Virus record (IMG/VR): IMGVR_UViG_3300042332_001637 | Coordinates: 1-52,517 of that record | Strand: one strand, 5' to 3' | Length of the DNA stretch: 52,517 bases | Origin: a virus | Taxonomy: Duplodnaviria; Caudoviricetes | Part shown: piece after piece, positions 36,322 to 45,879 of the stretch | Position numbering within the stretch: position 1 is the first letter of the stretch | Layout of the letters: every line of letters begins with the position of its first letter | Translations under genes and position numbers: made by a program | Notes under the pieces: model-generated | Seen by the model: only the letters and a program-made list of their open reading frames with translations | Database searches by the model: none | Told to the model about the DNA's origin: nothing

Positions 36322-37513
36322 TTGTATCCTTTCTTAAACTTTTATAGGCAAAGCGTATTGGTGAAGGAGAAGATTCTTCATTGCTTTCAACATACTTATC
36401 TCCTATTTGAATCCATTTCTTCTTCTTTTCTAGGTGGCAGTCGCCGCATCCAACCCCAACAGAGTTAGCTCTCTCGCAGCTAAATGGTCGACCACCTATA
36501 CCAAGATCTCTTCTTTTAATCCAGTCATTAATGTGCGCAGAAGACTTTTCATAATTATAATCATTGCACATACTTAGTATACTATGCAAAAACTTAACAG
36601 AGTCCTCGTTAAATGTTAATATTGAACAAAGAAATAGTCTTGATTCGTGGTCTAAATGCTTCTTATCTTTTGCTTGTTGGATTATTCTTGCTACAGCAGT
36701 GCATCCTTTTACTAAAGCTTCTGGAGTAAATAATTTTTCTGAATCATTTAAAGACTTAAAAGAAGAAGAGCCATGTTTATTAAAATGATCTAACCAATTT
36801 TCTGGTTTAGATTTTTCTTCTTCCATGTCATAAGTAAATTGCCTATACCACATATTAGCTTTTGCATCGAATTCAGGCATAGCTATATGGTTATCCTGTT
36901 GTTTCTCACAGTATAATTTAATTTCATTCATATCTTTAGATAATAAATCTTTTGAAATTCTATTCTTATAAAGACCAGTATCTTGATGCTTAGACCCTGC
37001 GAGTCTCCACATTCTTCTTTGGTCATAGACAGCAAAGTCTAAACCATTTAAATCTAGATCCTTCTTCAATCTGTTTGCTATGTATCTAAAAGTTTTAGAC
37101 AGACTATTAGTTGGATTTATTCCAAGTGTTATAGCTTCACACTCTATATGGAAACCCTTTTTTCCAGTAAAGTATACAATTATAGATTCTTCTGGAATGT
37201 AAGAAGATAGATATTCGTACAGTTTTCTACAATCGTTTAATGATACATCTTCTTCCGAGTTATCTATATCAAAATATAAAGAACCCAATCGGACACAGTT
37301 GTCTATGTCTGCCACATCGTAATGCCAGATAGAAGTATACAATCCAGTATTATTATGCTTCTGCCTAAATTCATCCAAATCAAATACACTAATAAATTTT
37401 GTATTGCCATTTTCTTTTTGTCTAATAACTCTAGACAATGATGGAACATAAACAGCCATTTCAACCAGCTGCCATTTATTAAGATATTTATCCTCTTCTA
37501 ATGGTATGATCAT
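36314..37513 (-). CDS. Archaeo-eukaryotic primase (AEP catalytic domain plus PriL-like Fe-S domain)
   Basis: 'LYFDID', 'YFTGKKGFHI', 'D.AVYDQRRMWRL.GSKH', 'HLDHESRL', 'PFSCE...C..C'. Confidence 0.8.
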   Translation of the reverse strand: MIIPLEEDKYLNKWQLVEMAVYVPSLSRVIRQKENGNTKFISVFDLDEFRQKHNNTGLYTSIWHYDVADIDNCVRLGSLYFDIDNSEEDVSLNDCRKLYEYLSSYIPEESIIVYFTGKKGFHIECEAITLGINPTNSLSKTFRYIANRLKKDLDLNGLDFAVYDQRRMWRLAGSKHQDTGLYKNRISKDLLSKDMNEIKLYCEKQQDNHIAMPEFDAKANMWYRQFTYDMEEEKSKPENWLDHFNKHGSSSFKSLNDSEKLFTPEALVKGCTAVARIIQQAKDKKHLDHESRLFLCSILTFNEDSVKFLHSILSMCNDYNYEKSSAHINDWIKRRDLGIGGRPFSCERANSVGVGCGDCHLEKKKKWIQIGDKYVESNEESSPSPIRFAYKSLRKDTNV

Positions 37514-37677
37514 TTTATCTTTGCTTCTATATTTTTTTCTGTAATTGGGCCTATTGATATCTTTTTTGACTCATTCATATACTTATTATAATTTCTATAA
37601 TAAATTGAATCTTCAATAATCTTTTCTAGATTAGAAATAAGATAATGTCTTTTACTTAGTCTTTGTTCTTTTTCCAT
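37510..37677 (-). CDS. Small hypothetical protein (55 aa)
   Basis: Manually read MEKEQRLSKRHYLISNLEK...; ATGA overlap with the primase. Confidence 0.55.
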   Translation of the reverse strand: MEKEQRLSKRHYLISNLEKIIEDSIYYRNYNKYMNESKKISIGPITEKNIEAKIK

Positions 37678-38333
37678 TTTGGATTTATTAACTCGCTGTC
37701 TTCGATGAATGTATGTAGCTTTGAAGCTATATTATCAGATATGTGAACTATATAATCTAAATATGTAATAGGATATGTTTCTGGAATTGGAGACCACGGA
37801 CCAAGATGACTTCTAATTAGTCTTAATATTGATTGAACTATTTCTTCCCCTAAATATAGCGTTGAAGATTGTGATTCATTCGCAAAGTTCTTATCGTCTT
37901 TTTGGCACTGTTCAACTAATCTACCAACTGTATAAGGATGCATTGGATCATACTTGCATCCGTCTCCATCATCCTTTTCTATACCCTTGCAAACATCATG
38001 CAAGATACAAGCAGATATAACTATGTCTCTTTCTTCATTGACTAGACTGTATGAATCACTTATTACGCTAGCGACTCTAACAACTCTTTTAGTATGAAGT
38101 AGATTACCACCTACACCGTGTTCATCTGCTGGGTGATACTTTCCAGAAAAACTAGAAGGTATATCCCAAAAGTGTTTAGCTTTTAAAAGAACTGATCTAG
38201 TAAACGACCTAATGGAATCATCTGTGATCATTTCCAATTCTTCTAGAAGTGGTTTTAATATTTTATTCTCTTCCTCAAAAGAAGAGGATTCAGTTCTCTG
38301 AACAAGTATTTCATCTAATATTGACTTAGCCAT
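37656..38333 (-). CDS. HD-domain hydrolase
   Basis: 'PSSFSGKYHP', 'LHTKRV', 'ILHDVCK', 'SHLGPW', 'VHISD'. Confidence 0.85.
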   Translation of the reverse strand: MAKSILDEILVQRTESSSFEEENKILKPLLEELEMITDDSIRSFTRSVLLKAKHFWDIPSSFSGKYHPADEHGVGGNLLHTKRVVRVASVISDSYSLVNEERDIVISACILHDVCKGIEKDDGDGCKYDPMHPYTVGRLVEQCQKDDKNFANESQSSTLYLGEEIVQSILRLIRSHLGPWSPIPETYPITYLDYIVHISDNIASKLHTFIEDSELINPKWKKNKD

Positions 38334-39120
38334 TATAACTCTCACTAATCCAACCTGCCCATTGTGAGCATGGTTTATCAAAAGGACATTTTTTACAATA
38401 AGGTATTAAGTTTCTTTTTGGAACAAAAACCTCTGTATTACCTATTTTATCAAACCAGTATTCGAATACTGTCATTTCATCTTCATCTATATTTTCTTCA
38501 TTAAATTTTAAATTATTAGACATTAAATCAATATAACCAATTTTTACTTTTGGCATTTTAGATGGGTGTCTATTCTCATAAGCCTTCTTCATAGCACAGA
38601 AATCAAACTGGTAGATATGCTTATTTGATTGCTTGTAATTAAATAAGATTTTAGTTACGAGATATTTGCCATCTTCAAAAAGTATTAAATCAAATTTGTC
38701 TTCTACGTTTACTTTATTTTTTCCAGGAACAGTATATTCTTCACAAATTGCCATTGGAATTATATCTGAATCTGCGTACTGCTCATAAAATGACAAGAGT
38801 ATTCCGGCTGCCTTAGACGTTAAACTGGACATGTTTCCATATGCAGTTTCATGTTGTTCTGTAATGATGTCGTACGATGTAGTATCTTTTGGAAACCACA
38901 TTTTTTCCCATCTATTTAATAATGCAGAATATGATGGTATTATTCCACCTTGTTTTTTAAAGAAGAAAAAATAAACTATATTTTTTATAGTGTTTTCAAA
39001 TTTTTCTGTGTATATATCTCTTGAATATATTTTCTCTGGAAGTTTTTCTAAGTGTCTATAATCGTATAGTCTTTCGCACATTTGAAAATCTTTTACTGCG
39101 TTAACGCTTATACTCGGCAT
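38326..39120 (-). CDS. Degenerate RecB/Cas4-like PD-(D/E)XK-fold protein
   Basis: 'FQMCER.Y' and C-terminal 'CKKCPFDKPC' are retained; the DYK motif is absent. Confidence 0.65.
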   Translation of the reverse strand: MPSISVNAVKDFQMCERLYDYRHLEKLPEKIYSRDIYTEKFENTIKNIVYFFFFKKQGGIIPSYSALLNRWEKMWFPKDTTSYDIITEQHETAYGNMSSLTSKAAGILLSFYEQYADSDIIPMAICEEYTVPGKNKVNVEDKFDLILFEDGKYLVTKILFNYKQSNKHIYQFDFCAMKKAYENRHPSKMPKVKIGYIDLMSNNLKFNEENIDEDEMTVFEYWFDKIGNTEVFVPKRNLIPYCKKCPFDKPCSQWAGWISESYNG

Positions 39121-40580
39121 TAATGGAAATCCTTATCATTTAATAAATCGTCTAGAATAGAAGATGACGTATCGTAGGATTCGTCAGTGATTGGATCATA
39201 TTCTTCATATCTCTTTTTAAAGTCCACATACTTAACAAGTGGTGGATCATAACTAAAGGTAGATCCAGTTATTCTATTCTTGGGTATCTGCAACTGCATT
39301 ATGTTTTCATCTACTGTTTCATCATCAGTAGCTAAACGCTTTTCTGTAATAAATATTGTAACGGCGCACTTCTGCTGAATAGCTAAAGATCCACCAGTAT
39401 CAGACTGCTGAACGACTTCTCTTTTTTCTTTCATTCTATTTGAGTTTTCTTGTGCTGTTATGATCATAACACAGTTCATATCTCTGGCTAGCTTTTCTAA
39501 TCTAACCATCATCTCTTCAAACTCACCCCATCTAGGTTTGCCTTTACCTGCACCTCGAGTAAACATAGACTGTATCGTGTCAATAATAACAACATCTGGC
39601 ATGTTCTCATTGTGGCCAATAATATCTCTTAACCAAAACTCCAGGTCTTCAAAGTATGGGGTATCAGGATCGTGTCTAACCATTAATCTATCCCCCCATT
39701 CTAAAAGTTTTTCTTTAAACATATTCATATGTTCTAGCTTTTGTTCTGCAGACCATTTATGTGCTTCTGAATATACATTCTGACCAATTATTTGGGTCAT
39801 TAATATTCTTTCCCAGTGGCCTAAAGCTTCTTCGAAGTTAACATAAAGAACCCTATAGCCTACATCAAGCCAGTGATTAGCTAAACACTTTGCAAAGGTA
39901 CTCTTACCTTTGCCCGATGGTGCTATTACAGCATGAACTGCACCTTTAAAAAAGCCACCCTCATCAGTGTAACCCATTGCTCTATTAAGAGATTTAAATT
40001 GCGTCGGAAGAAAGTCTGGAATATCTAAGAGAGACTCTGCCCTAGAAACTATTTCATTACCTGTTGTAACTTTATCTAGTGGATTATAATGAATTTGATT
40101 TTCTAGTTCGCGTATTTGAGAAGTAAGCTTCTCTATTCTCTGTACGTCTTCTTGGGTTTTTTGCCCTTTTTGATTTAATATTATCTGCAGCTCTTGTAGA
40201 TAATTTATTTGCTTTCTTTTTCTAGCTTTATGTTTAATAATTTCAGTAATTGTTTCAGCATTTGAAACTTCCATAGCTAGCAAAATATCAAGCATGACGG
40301 AAACGCCAGCGTTGCCACCTAATGCTTCATGTATGTCCGTCTCAGATTGCAGCCAAGACTTAAAGGCTATTGGATCAACTATGTCTAGTTGAGTTGCGGT
40401 ATGAAAAGATACTAAAGCTTTATAGAATTCATTGATACCTTTATCGCCATGTATGGCTCCAACTATATCTTCTGAAAGATTGTCTGAAAAGTATTTTACT
40501 GAACCCTTTTCTTTCAAGCATAGAGAAAAAATTTGATACTCAACTGGAAGCTCCGTATTATTTTCCTGTTCTTCTGTCAT
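39120..40580 (-). CDS. DnaB-like replicative helicase
   Basis: Walker A 'APSGKGKS', 'VLYVNFEE', 'IIDTIQ', 'TAQEN', 'KNR'. Confidence 0.88.
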   Translation of the reverse strand: MTEEQENNTELPVEYQIFSLCLKEKGSVKYFSDNLSEDIVGAIHGDKGINEFYKALVSFHTATQLDIVDPIAFKSWLQSETDIHEALGGNAGVSVMLDILLAMEVSNAETITEIIKHKARKRKQINYLQELQIILNQKGQKTQEDVQRIEKLTSQIRELENQIHYNPLDKVTTGNEIVSRAESLLDIPDFLPTQFKSLNRAMGYTDEGGFFKGAVHAVIAPSGKGKSTFAKCLANHWLDVGYRVLYVNFEEALGHWERILMTQIIGQNVYSEAHKWSAEQKLEHMNMFKEKLLEWGDRLMVRHDPDTPYFEDLEFWLRDIIGHNENMPDVVIIDTIQSMFTRGAGKGKPRWGEFEEMMVRLEKLARDMNCVMIITAQENSNRMKEKREVVQQSDTGGSLAIQQKCAVTIFITEKRLATDDETVDENIMQLQIPKNRITGSTFSYDPPLVKYVDFKKRYEEYDPITDESYDTSSSILDDLLNDKDFH

Positions 40581-41217
40581 TCTTTATTTTTTCCTTGTAT
40601 GCCCTATAAGAGTTTTTTCGTTTTTCGGATTGCATTTTTTTGCTCTGCTTATAAGCTTCGCTATCTGTAATGCTTCTTTTTTTCTTTGGCTTTTCAATCA
40701 CTGGGTTAGATCTTATTGCGTCTAACATTCTATCAAAAACTGACTGTTCTGTCAGGTTATCATTATATCTAAATACAACTAAAGCAATTCCATTTTCTTT
40801 GCACCAGTCTGCTTTTTTAGAGTCTCTTATTAAAGCTTGCTCAAAGTCATACTTAGAATCATAGAATCTACTTGTGTAATAGAAATGCTGACGACCGTGA
40901 TACTCAGCAGCCAAAGAATATTTAGGGCAATAAACATCTAATTTGAGTTTATCACCAATGTGAAATTCATTTATTATTTTTTCTCCAGGAAGCAGCTTCT
41001 GCATTATTGCAGTTAGTGCTGTCTGTCCTCTTGACATTTTTTTTCTTTTGTCTTTTATCCAAGACAAACCTGAAGAATTAATTTTTTTATTTAATTCACT
41101 TAATGAACAACCTAGCTCGTCTGCTATTTGAGACAACGAATAATTTGTTTCAAATAATAAATCAGACAAGAGCTCTAGGTCATCGTGTTCATCTTCTTTG
41201 TTGTTTTTATTGCGCAT
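40558..41217 (-). CDS. HTH plus Vsr/DUF559-like endonuclease
   Basis: 'SLSQIADELG'; 'LDVYCP...AAEYHGRQHF...RDSKKADWCKENGIALV'. Confidence 0.75.
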   Translation of the reverse strand: MRNKNNKEDEHDDLELLSDLLFETNYSLSQIADELGCSLSELNKKINSSGLSWIKDKRKKMSRGQTALTAIMQKLLPGEKIINEFHIGDKLKLDVYCPKYSLAAEYHGRQHFYYTSRFYDSKYDFEQALIRDSKKADWCKENGIALVVFRYNDNLTEQSVFDRMLDAIRSNPVIEKPKKKRSITDSEAYKQSKKMQSEKRKNSYRAYKEKIKNDRRTGK

Positions 41218-41848
41218 CTTTTGTAGAAGTATTGTAATTCTTATTAAAGTTAACAGTCTTACCAAGGTCTATAATGGACATGTTTAGTTTGTCCCAAATC
41301 TTTCCACTTAATGCAAGACCCAAAGAACTACAGTCCATAAGGCAATAATCTACACCACCCTCAAACTCCGCTACTTGTGAGTATATGTCGTCTAATTTCT
41401 CGTAATGATTATTATAAGGAACAGTAATTACATTTACCTTAGAGTTCAAAGTCTTATAAATTGTTTTCTTATCATGGAAAGAGACAACTAACACTGGTGT
41501 ATCTTTAATATAAAAGTTACAGAATGTATCAAATACATCCTTATTATTTAAATAATAATGCTCAAAAAGATTTGAACTATAATTTCTATCACTAGACTTT
41601 AAGCCTAATCGAACATGCTTACCTTTTTCTACTTCGTCTACTAGACCAGATGAAAAGTTTTTCATAACTCTTGGGTGATCAATAGCTATAGAATTCATAA
41701 TTGCTCTAGCGAACATAGATGGGAATGCACCTTCGTTCTTTTTATTTAGGGCAACTATTGAGTATTTAGAAACATTCAAGAATGCAAACTTTTCTTTTGC
41801 ATCCATCAATTTTGTTAAGTCTATTATTGCTTGCTTTTCGTTTTTCAT
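41207..41848 (-). CDS. Hypothetical protein, possibly GT-D-fold glycosyltransferase-like
   Basis: C-terminal 'IIDLGK' and adjacency to a GT2 gene. Confidence 0.45.
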   Translation of the reverse strand: MKNEKQAIIDLTKLMDAKEKFAFLNVSKYSIVALNKKNEGAFPSMFARAIMNSIAIDHPRVMKNFSSGLVDEVEKGKHVRLGLKSSDRNYSSNLFEHYYLNNKDVFDTFCNFYIKDTPVLVVSFHDKKTIYKTLNSKVNVITVPYNNHYEKLDDIYSQVAEFEGGVDYCLMDCSSLGLALSGKIWDKLNMSIIDLGKTVNFNKNYNTSTKDAQ

Positions 41849-41859
41849 TTTTGCTCCTA

Positions 41860-42570
41860 TCAAATGCCAAAGCTACCCCAGTTTATAAGAACTGGGTTTT
41901 CATCTACTATTGAATTAATGTGGTTTATGTTATGGAATTTTCCACCGTCTAACTGAGAGTATCTCTCATGCTTCATTACCTTGTCGTTATCTTTAATATA
42001 ACCTAGGTGCTGCATAATTAGTCCAGAGTGAATAAAATAATTTTTTTGTCTGATCCAGTCAACAACATAGGTTGGCTCAGATCCACAAGCTAAAGCTCTA
42101 TCATAGAATGTTGCGCCAGACATATATCTAAATATTCTTGAACTGTTATTTGGAGCCCAAGCTTTATCTACTCTATATTGAGTCTCGTTCCACATGTGAT
42201 AAAAGCGAACATTTACAACATCTTTTTCTGATGCGCTTAAGATACTTCTAACATCTGGGTTATCAATATCATTTACATTATAAAGCATCTCATCACAGTC
42301 AACTGCCAGGATCCAATCACCCTCGCTTGCGTGATTCTCCAAATTAAGCCACGCATATTTTCTAAGTCTACCCTCATGTTTATTAAACATCTGCATTGGT
42401 GTCTTATATGTGTGAGCATATTTGCTAGCTATTTCAATAGTATTGTCATCTGAGCAGTCGTCAGTAAAAACAATTTCATCTACTTGAGTAGATAGTCTTT
42501 TTAAAACATCTTCTAAAAATCTATTTGATTCATTACGCCCAACCATTTGAGCGATTATTTTTTGAGCCAT
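41860..42570 (-). CDS. Glycosyltransferase family 2
   Basis: 'RNE', 'FTDDCSDDNT', 'WILAVDCDE', 'HLGY'. Confidence 0.85.
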   Translation of the reverse strand: MAQKIIAQMVGRNESNRFLEDVLKRLSTQVDEIVFTDDCSDDNTIEIASKYAHTYKTPMQMFNKHEGRLRKYAWLNLENHASEGDWILAVDCDEMLYNVNDIDNPDVRSILSASEKDVVNVRFYHMWNETQYRVDKAWAPNNSSRIFRYMSGATFYDRALACGSEPTYVVDWIRQKNYFIHSGLIMQHLGYIKDNDKVMKHERYSQLDGGKFHNINHINSIVDENPVLINWGSFGI

Positions 42571-42595
42571 GATTCTCCTTGGCTATATATGGAAA

Positions 42596-42620
42596 TGGCG
42601 GGGGACTGATGCCCCCGCCA
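42596..42620 (-). terminator. GC-rich hairpin, terminator-like
   Basis: TGGCGGGGG-actgatg-CCCCCGCCA. Confidence 0.7.
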
Positions 42621-42637
42621 AAACCAAATGAATATTA

Positions 42638-42832
42638 TCAATCAGCGATTTGCTCGCGGGCCTGAATTGCAGAGATTCGCTCTACGTCTACATCCTTGAA
42701 GAGAAGCTCTCCAGAGACGCCATTAAGAGTGCGACGATTGCTCTTAGCAAGCTTTTCTGCCTCTGCCATGGTGTTAGCTTTTACAATTGAAGTTGTAGTA
42801 ACAGTGAAGTACTTGAACTTGTTGTCTGACAT
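42638..42832 (-). CDS. Small hypothetical protein
   Basis: 64 aa ORF with RBS and a downstream hairpin. Confidence 0.65.
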   Translation of the reverse strand: MSDNKFKYFTVTTTSIVKANTMAEAEKLAKSNRRTLNGVSGELLFKDVDVERISAIQAREQIAD

Positions 42833-42847
42833 TTTTATATTCCTTTT

Positions 42848-43252
42848 TTAGTTATTTGGATAATGGGTAGATATATATTCTATAGCATCTTGCAGATCTT
42901 CTGCAAGTTTTGTTGCCATATATTTCATATATGGGCGATCTTTATTTTGATTAGAGCACATTACGATTGTGGGTTGGCCATTGAGTTTTGCCCAAGCCAT
43001 TTCAAAATCAGTACCTATGTAAGCTCTATCTTCTAACATGTATTCTACCAGAAGAATATCTGATTTCTTCTGCATGAACATATTTTTTTCAACAATTTCA
43101 TCTGGAGACATTGTGTCGTCTTCTGGTATAGAAGTTGGATCAAGAATTTTATAATCACGTTGAGATAGCATGAAGGCTGCTTCTTGTCTCCACCCCCTTG
43201 CGTAGTCGCCAACATAGTCCATGGCGCCTGCTAAATACACTGTAATGCTCAT
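42848..43252 (-). CDS. Nucleoside 2-deoxyribosyltransferase-like protein
   Basis: 'VYLAGAM', 'WR', 'SDILLV', 'GTDFEMAWA'. Confidence 0.8.
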   Translation of the reverse strand: MSITVYLAGAMDYVGDYARGWRQEAAFMLSQRDYKILDPTSIPEDDTMSPDEIVEKNMFMQKKSDILLVEYMLEDRAYIGTDFEMAWAKLNGQPTIVMCSNQNKDRPYMKYMATKLAEDLQDAIEYISTHYPNN

Positions 43253-43653
43253 ACGGGCCAATGATACTCTAAATCTGATGGCTCGTCAAAGTATTGAGAG
43301 TAATATTCGTAATCTTTTCTAAGAAGATTAGATCTGTGAGATTTATGAAATTCATCGCTGCCAAACCAAGATGGATAAATAAGTGAAGAATGATCAACTG
43401 ACTCAAATTTCATATTATTATTGTATCCACGATCTATCCATTCTAGAATAGTGTAGTTTTGATACAGCTTTAAAGCTTCTTCATAGCCAGTCCACATACG
43501 TGTAACAGGATGATTGCGCCAACCTTTTGTAGGCGTTCTATCCAAAAGGATATTAAGAACTTGGAAAGTTTCTACTCGTTGTTTTCCAAGCCGACGATAG
43601 TCTAATACTTTTACTGATTCTATAAAATCAGGATATGGAAGAAATGTTTGCAT
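43249..43653 (-). CDS. Pyrimidine-dimer DNA glycosylase (endonuclease V-like)
   Basis: 'MQTFLPYPDF...LDYRRLGKQRVE', 'WRNHP...MW', 'SHRSNLLRK'. Confidence 0.8.
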   Translation of the reverse strand: MQTFLPYPDFIESVKVLDYRRLGKQRVETFQVLNILLDRTPTKGWRNHPVTRMWTGYEEALKLYQNYTILEWIDRGYNNNMKFESVDHSSLIYPSWFGSDEFHKSHRSNLLRKDYEYYSQYFDEPSDLEYHWPV

Positions 43654-43655
43654 GG

Positions 43656-44039
43656 TTATATTGTATCATCTTCCCAATAGGTTTCAAAGTCTTCTTGTGT
43701 CATTAAATGATTATCTTTTCCAAAAAAATATTTTCCTACCATCTTAGATTTCCAATATTCTTTTGCGCCAAGAGGATAATTTTCTGCTTCTTGATTTTCT
43801 GCCTCTAACTGCTCATTGGCTAAACCATCATGTTGTGCAATAATTATTTCAGCTATAGAAAGATCTGAAGAAAATCTTCTCACATAAACAGGTATAGTTT
43901 TTGAATTCCACCATCCAGGTTTGTTTCCTTTGTATAGTGGTAATTTTATAATATTATTATTGCAGCCGATTGTTAGAATTCCATCTTCAGAATGCTCTGC
44001 TTCACCAATGTATTCTGCCGGTAATATTTTTATTTCCAT
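43656..44039 (-). CDS. Hypothetical protein
   Basis: 127 aa ORF. Confidence 0.55.
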   Translation of the reverse strand: MEIKILPAEYIGEAEHSEDGILTIGCNNNIIKLPLYKGNKPGWWNSKTIPVYVRRFSSDLSIAEIIIAQHDGLANEQLEAENQEAENYPLGAKEYWKSKMVGKYFFGKDNHLMTQEDFETYWEDDTI

Positions 44040-44051
44040 TTTAACCTACAC

Positions 44052-44090
44052 AAAAGCTATACCCCCACATAATATGGGGGTATAGCTTTT
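44052..44090. terminator. Long perfect hairpin, terminator
   Basis: AAAAGCTATACCCCCA-cataata-TGGGGGTATAGCTTTT. Confidence 0.8.
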
Positions 44091-44097
44091 TGTTTTT

Positions 44098-45360
44098 CTA
44101 TTTGTTATAGTCTCTTATGAAATCAGCAGTTACAGCATACATTGATGCCCAAATTGATTTGTCTTTACATACATGATTAATAGACATTCTATCTCCATTC
44201 AGGCCGCCCATTTCTTCATACGCAACGGTAGTTAATGCCTCTCCCAAACCTTCTTCAAGCATTATTTCTACTTTTGAAAAAGAATAACCGTTTCTCCATA
44301 CAATTTTTTGTCCTTCATCAGTATTGATTACTTCAAAAAATTGTCTAATTGCAGCTAACATTGGATAAGCTAAAGCTTCTGCTAAAATTTTAGTAGACAG
44401 CGTAACTGATTGCTTATCAATTCCACTTAAAAAGATTAGTTTGTCTGCGTTTGTTTTTTTACTGTCCCATATTTTATGAACAGTGCCCTTAGTATACCAT
44501 TTTACCGATCTTGCAATTAGGATGTCGTGTAATCTGCAAATGTCGATAACGATATCCTGCATTGCGACAAAGTTTTGCTTTTTATCCTTATGTCTTGTCA
44601 CTGCTTTTTCTTTACTATTATATGCAGCAATAGGATGAGATCCACCGTTGGGCCACTCAATAATATCACAAGTAGTTAAGACTTTAAGTATGTAAGCTGC
44701 GTCTACTGGATAAGATGTTCCGTCTTCACTGCCGGCATTTTGATACCATGCAACCTTTTCTGAAAAATCAGGAAGACCAGGTTTTCCATCTAATGCTTTT
44801 TTAAGCCACTCAAAATTTCCTTTTTGAGACTCAAAAGACATTACTAAGTGTTTTTGTGATGTGTTTCTAGCTTCAGTAATTTCTGAATAAAAAATTTTAT
44901 TTAATCCAGTAATTATTTCTACTTGTACGTACTCTTCTGGCATATGATCCAAGATGTTAGCATTATAGTCTTCTACAATAGAAGATATAATCTTGTAGGT
45001 GTGACCACCATCTATAATTGAACCCTTTGTTCCAAAATCAACAACTAAAGTATTATTTTCTGATACATATGCCGTCTCTGCAACTATTACAATTCCACTA
45101 TTTCTTAAATTAAAAAGTCCAGGAGTAAAATCAGAATACTCAGAATTAACTAAAGAATTTTTTATTTCTTTATGAAAAGCTTTATTTAATTTTGCTTCGC
45201 GTGCATTGTTGTCATTAGACATTCCTAACGGGATATTTCTAATCTCTACCGTTAGTCTATGAATTTTAATATCTTGACCTATTTCTTCATTATGAACAGG
45301 ATTTGATATTGAACTGTGTCTATAGTATTTAATTTCATGTAAATTATTTTTTGTTGACAT
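44098..45360 (-). CDS. AIPR-family (ParB-like fold) protein
   Basis: 'NAR', 'FNLRNSGIVIVA', 'IIDGGHT', 'ITEARNTS'. Confidence 0.75.
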   Translation of the reverse strand: MSTKNNLHEIKYYRHSSISNPVHNEEIGQDIKIHRLTVEIRNIPLGMSNDNNAREAKLNKAFHKEIKNSLVNSEYSDFTPGLFNLRNSGIVIVAETAYVSENNTLVVDFGTKGSIIDGGHTYKIISSIVEDYNANILDHMPEEYVQVEIITGLNKIFYSEITEARNTSQKHLVMSFESQKGNFEWLKKALDGKPGLPDFSEKVAWYQNAGSEDGTSYPVDAAYILKVLTTCDIIEWPNGGSHPIAAYNSKEKAVTRHKDKKQNFVAMQDIVIDICRLHDILIARSVKWYTKGTVHKIWDSKKTNADKLIFLSGIDKQSVTLSTKILAEALAYPMLAAIRQFFEVINTDEGQKIVWRNGYSFSKVEIMLEEGLGEALTTVAYEEMGGLNGDRMSINHVCKDKSIWASMYAVTADFIRDYNK

Positions 45361-45476
45361 TATGTCTCCTTTTGTTAGGGCCATGGTTATGGCCAATTTA
45401 AATGAGATTTTCTGTTGAAAAACTCACATCTGATATAGTATCAGAAGACTTTTATGTTTGCAATTGTTTAGAAAAA

Positions 45477-45878
45477 TTATTTTTCTTTCTTGAATTCAGT
45501 GAACGTTTTGTCACCGACACCATAATACTCTCTAGCCAAGCCAGATGCAACTATATCTGTATTCAAACATGCGCCAGATTCATTCCAAACTCTAGCAAGA
45601 ACTCTACCATATTTTTCATTTTTATCAATAATTGTTTCAATTTTTACTTTATGATTTGCGGCGGTCAACCATTGATCTGTGAACTCTTTAGCAGCTAAGC
45701 CCATTTTCTTTTCTTCTACATTAGAAGTTCTACTCTCTGGTGTGTTGACTCCATAAAGACGCACTCTACCTTTCTTCAAGGTATCAAAACCAAGGTCAAT
45801 AACAATATCAAATGTATCGCCATCAACTACCTTTTTTACTTCTGCATTATATATCCAAGGATTTAATTTATCTGTCAT
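45477..45878 (-). CDS. Thermonuclease (SNase-like)
   Basis: 'VVDGDT', 'RVRLYGVNTPE', 'KYGRVLA'. Confidence 0.9.
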   Translation of the reverse strand: MTDKLNPWIYNAEVKKVVDGDTFDIVIDLGFDTLKKGRVRLYGVNTPESRTSNVEEKKMGLAAKEFTDQWLTAANHKVKIETIIDKNEKYGRVLARVWNESGACLNTDIVASGLAREYYGVGDKTFTEFKKEK

Positions 45879-45879
45879 A

